Positions 59,749 through 64,000 of a stretch of 64,000 nucleotides of DNA are shown here, in pieces (position 1 is the first letter of the stretch; each line of letters opens with the position of its first letter). The notes under the pieces are model-generated. The model saw only the letters and a program-made list of their open reading frames with translations. It had not been told where the DNA came from and ran no database searches. This DNA is from Phaeosaccion multiseriatum (taxonomy: Eukaryota; Protista; Ochrophyta, other classes): positions 2,356,001 to 2,420,000 of the forward strand of contig OZ218959.1 of assembly GCA_965112735.1 (NCBI GenBank), given 5' to 3'. The position numbers were made by a program, and so were the translations under genes.

Positions 59749-59852
59749 GGACGGACTGGCCGACGCTTTTTGCAAACGCACATTTTGAGCGCTGAGCACT
59801 GCACGGCACTGCACTCAGAGTGTGCGTTTGCAAAGCGTCCGTCAGTCCATCC
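59749..59852. repeat. ~104-nt imperfect hairpin in intergenic DNA
   Basis: GGACGGACTGGCCGACGCTTTTTGCAAACGCACATTTTGAG pairs with CTCAGAGTGTGCGTTTGCAAAGCGTCCGTCAGTCCATCC. Confidence 0.75.
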
Positions 59853-59983
59853 GTCCGACCGACCGTCCGTCCAGTCTTCAGCTTTCAATGTGTCTGAACT
59901 TACCAACAATATCGAACACCCATACCATAAATTGGGTCGATATCCGTTCTTCCGTCCCCGCCCGCCCGCCCGTCCGTCCGTTC

Positions 59984-60093
59984 TTTGAGGAAGATGGTGG
60001 TGACACCAATGTGCCAATGTGCCAATGTGCCCCCTTTGAGGAGGATGGTGGTGACACCAATGTGCCAATGTGCCAATGTGCCAATGTGCCCCC
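59984..60093. repeat. ~51-59 bp tandem duplication containing (CCAATGTG)n
   Basis: TTTGAGGA.GATGGTGGTGACA(CCAATGTG)3-4CCCCC, twice. Confidence 0.85.
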
Positions 60094-60504
60094 CGTGGCA
60101 GAGGGTACGGAGGGGCTTGGCGTCTCGTGTGTGAAATGTGGTACCGACTCTGCGCACGCCCATGCTCCTGACGCTCCACACTGGACACTGGATCCTTCTT
60201 GTTGAGGCCTCGCTTGGTTATTGGGCCCAACCGCTCCTTCTCCACATACACTCACTGCCTTGCGAGGCTGCAGGACCAGTCAGTCCGTCAGTCAGTCCGT
60301 CAGTCAGTCATTCCTTGCGTGCCCACTGTTCACATGGGCCAGGAGATGGACCAGGGGGCACAGACAGGCAGGCCTGCTGACAGGCAGGCCTGCTCTGTGG
60401 CTTGGCGTCAGCTTCCACCTCTCAATAACCCTGTGCCCCCTCCATCCTCGGATACTTACAACTCACAACTTTGTCACACACGCGCGAGCAAGTCTGTGTG
60501 TGTG

Positions 60505-60548
<44 letters not shown>

Positions 60549-60564
60549 GTGTGTGCGTGTGTGT

Positions 60565-60598
<34 letters not shown>

Positions 60599-60655
60599 TG
60601 TGTGTGTTGTGTACCTTGGTTCAGCCTGCCACCCCACCCCACCCCTCCCACTCCC

Positions 60656-62427
60656 CTATCCCTCCTCCCCCTCCCGCCCGCCGTCGTCACCCTCCTCTCT
60701 CCTTCGTATGGCCTCTGTGACGCAAAGGTACATGCCGTACAGCCCGAGGATGGCCCCTGACTTTGTCGAAGGGAGGAAGTCTCCAACGCCCGTCCACGAG
60801 TTGGAGTGGCCGTAAATGACGCGCATGGAGGCCGCTAGGGAGGGGTGCAGGACGCCAATGTCGTGCTGAGGGGCGAGTAGTGAGCAGCGTATGTAAGGGT
60901 ATATAGGGTATGGGGTGTGGTCCGGCGTATACATACGTATGAATGTATGTATGTATGTATGTATGTATATACATACCATAGGGTATGGGGGTATGGGGTG
61001 GTAAGGTTGGGGGGCGGGGGGTTTGGTGGGGGCACAAGTTGGGTATCAGACACATGCCTTTCATGATAGGCACGACCCTCCCATACATACACACACACCC
61101 CCTTCATCCAGGCACACCTGTCCCCTCTCCGGGGCAACGTATGGAACCTATCTCTCTCTCACCCCTCTTTCATCCAGTCACACGCCTCCCGCTCATACAA
61201 GGCTCACCCCCCCCTCTCACGTAAGGCACATCCCTCTTGCACACACACACACACACACTCTGAAGACATACACAAACACACACCCCTGTCATTCAGGCAC
61301 ATGTTCCTTCCTCTCCCTCTCGTCCAGACACACTTACTTCGTAGAGCCACATGACGACGGCCCAGACCACAGTGGCGAAGACAGGGTACACCCTCTGAAA
61401 GTGGAGGCTGCCGGCCAGAGCACTCAGCTGAGCAAGCAGCCCCCCCCTTCCGTGTATCCTCCCTCCATCTCCTCCTCCTCCTCCTCCTCCTCCTCCTCCT
61501 CCTGCTCCTCCTCCTCCAACCCCTCCGCTTGCTCCTCCTGCTGCTCCTACTGCTGCTGCTGTTGTTGTATCTCCAACTGCTGCTGCTGTGGACTTGTGGA
61601 GGATGGACGAGGCACGTATTGCCGCCCCCACCAAGACCCTCGAGAAGAGGTAGAGCACGATCTGGTAATTCACCTTGGAGTAACGGGCCCACACCATCCT
61701 GCTCAGACAAGGCGACGATGGCGATAGAGGTAGGAGCAACAGCAGCAGTAGCGGCAGCAGGAGGAGAGATAGGAGGCAAGAGAGAGAGAGAATACGGTAT
61801 TCAGGAGGACACTCACGTGTGTTCTCATCCGCATGAGGCCTTTCTAAGCCCCCTCCCGCCCTCCCACACACACACCTGCCACTGTCACCCGCTTCTACAG
61901 CCTGTTCCCTACCCCTACCCAGTCCTGCCCCCCTCTCGTCTCAACCCAACGCCATAATGAGTACTCCTCCTTACCTTCCTGCCACACCTCCTGCCAACAG
62001 GGGACCGAGCGTCTTCGGCACGCCACTGTGCCGAGCAGCCTCCATGATTCCCTTGTACAGACCCGCAAACAAAGCCAAGTTCCTGCCGTGCTCAAAGGTG
62101 AGCCTCCAGATGGAGCTCAGCCTGGACGCGAGGCTGTGGTGAGAAGAAAACATGGTCGTCATCACCAAAGCTGGGTGGGGGTGGGGGGGTCGTTTGTGGG
62201 CAAAAGAGGGAGGGGAAAGGGGAATAAGGAGGACGAAGACACGAGGGAGAGATGAGCAGGGTATAGTATCAGCAGCAGCAGCCAGAGAATGTGTCTTTGT
62301 CTCGCCTACCATGAGGAAAGCGAAGGGTGGTCCCATAGTCGAAGCCTTGTCTCAATGCTCTGAGCACCCTGAGCAGGGATGCGAGGGCTTTCGTTGCAGC
62401 ATCATCCTGTCCATCGCCATCCTCCAT
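60656..62427 (-). CDS. PXMP4: Peroxisomal membrane protein 4 (PMP24, Tim17 family); exons 62427-62310, 62170-61975, 61698-61338, 60865-60656
   Basis: RQGFDYGTTLRFPHALVMT; TFEHGRNLALFAGLYK; SKVNYQIVLYLFSRVLVG; YPVFATVVWAVVMWLYE; LHPSLAASMRVIYGHSNSW. Confidence 0.9.
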
Positions 62428-62687
62428 CTTCTTTCTTTCTTTCTTTTTGTTGTGTGTTGTCTGGGAAAGAATGTCGGGGAGGCCAAAAAGATCTGGGATG
62501 GCAGTCTATGCATGGCTCTCAGACGGGATGCACAAACGATAATTAAGAACAAACATTATCAGGGATGATGCGTCATTACAACACGTGCGCCTGAAAGTGA
62601 AGGCGCCGCTCGGGGGGGGGGGGCGCGGTCGTGGCAGAATGCGCGAGAGATCAGCGAGTCTTCCGTTGTAGAGGGACTTAAGCGATC

Positions 62688-63579
62688 ATGGACACTGTTG
62701 GGGATCTGCAGGACCTTTCAGACCCGCAGGAGGAGGGGCTTGGGGACAAGAAGAAGTCTCTCAAGGACCTGATTGCTTTCTTCTCGCGGAGCCAGTCTGA
62801 GGCCCCTGTACAGGGGCTGGGGAGTACTGGCGGCTACGTTAAAAGAAGCTCGTCACACAGCGCCCCCCATCCCATTCACAGGGCCAAGTCCGTCTCACAC
62901 ATCATTGCAGGAGATGCAGGAGGAGTCAGTAGCAGTAGCAGCAGAAGCAGAAGCAGTAGAGGCAGCGATGGTGGGTCGATCACGGTTGGAGACGATGAAG
63001 GTGGTGGTGAGGCAGAAGACAGGCCGCCTCTCCATCACAACTACCTCACTTCGCTCGAGGTGAGGGCCAACAGATCCATATCCAGGGCCAAGAAGCAGCA
63101 GCAGCAGCAGGAACAGGAGGGAAAGGAGAAGGAGCTGCAGGAGCAGCAGGAGAAGGAGCAGCAGGAGAAGGAGCAGCAGCAGCAGAAGGAGAATAGATCG
63201 GATCAAGATGATGATGCGGTGCACACCAAGAGAAGAGGAAGGGGGGGGGGCGGTGCAGAAGGCGGGCTCGGGTGGAGGAGAAGCGGCGCCGGCGGGCTGT
63301 CCATAACCTCAGACCCTGAGTCTCTACCTGTTGTCGCCTCAAGGACAGGCAGCCTCAGCCCGTACCCAGAACCGACACAGCGACCTTCGCAACGGAAAGC
63401 CGCTTGGCACAACACTAACAACAGTATTGACATGAGCAACCGGAGCAGCGGCAGCGGGAGCAGTAATCAAAGCAATGACGGTGTTAGTAAGAGTGTGCGC
63501 CGGCGGAACAAGAGCCTGGGTGCAGCTTTGGCAGCCGCGACCATCGCCGGCGCATCATCTTCACCCTCCTCTTCTCCCT

Positions 63580-63612
<33 letters not shown>

Positions 63613-63817
63613 TGGGGGGCGAAAAGGAGGGACAAGCTCTGGGAATAGGCATGGTGGCTCTGGAGGGAGGGAGGGGGGTGGACGTAAAGTTCAGCAACGG
63701 GGCGGCGCAGCACCTGGCCATTGTGCCGGAGGATGAGGTTCGAATGATGGGGGCTAAACTGCTGGCCCTGGCCATTGAAGGAAGGGACAGAGTGGAGGCG
63801 GCGGCCGGGAGAGATCT
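62688..63817 (+). CDS. First exon of a gene of unknown function; continues beyond the window
   Basis: Open frame from ATG 62688 (MDTVGDLQDLSDPQ...) to a GTACGT donor at ~63818, followed by (CA)n/(TTC)n intron-type repeats; divergent from PXMP4. Confidence 0.6.
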
Positions 63818-63846
63818 GGTACGTAGAAGAGTGATGGACGACACAT

Positions 63847-63884
<38 letters not shown>

Positions 63885-64000
63885 CTAAGGAGGCTCCATC
63901 CCCACTCACTCCCACCCCCGCTTCTCCTTCTTCTTCTCCTCCTTCTTCTTCTTCTTCTTCTTCTTCTTCTTCTTCTTCTTCTTCTTCTTCTTCTTCTTCT

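Noticed and set aside
59164-59988. 274-aa ORF with a signal-like N-terminus
   Set aside because: It runs through simple repeats and a hairpin and has no domain features.

Overview
Eukaryotic nuclear DNA with GT-AG introns that are mostly filled with microsatellites. It is most likely from a photosynthetic stramenopile (ochrophyte): several proteins carry signal peptide plus 'SAF/HAF' plastid-targeting motifs, and there are two nuclear-encoded sigma-70 factors. Positions 1-11.8 kb are a duplicated, decaying receptor cluster: an EGF-like/7TM receptor family (one intact copy, one frameshifted copy, one fragment) interleaved with a 7TM-RGS family (one intact copy, one pseudogene, one 5' fragment), among (CACT)n arrays and retroelement debris. 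Positions 12-64 kb hold a YHYH-domain mucin-stalk surface protein, a two-domain retropepsin-like protein, two sigma-70 genes, an EH-EH/TRAF-zinc-finger protein, a GNAT acetyltransferase, TAF1, a cyclin, PXMP4 and a partial unknown gene. The strongest unexplained signal is a non-palindromic 11-mer, GTTGGTGATAC. It occurs exactly 10 times (about 0.03 expected under uniform composition) on both strands, in introns, intergenic DNA and exons, and is read in three different frames. Other signals are short elements with (GAAACT)n tails that abut (TG)n (one carries a decayed hammerhead-like motif), a MITE and two long hairpins. All gene models were spliced by eye; no database searches were run.
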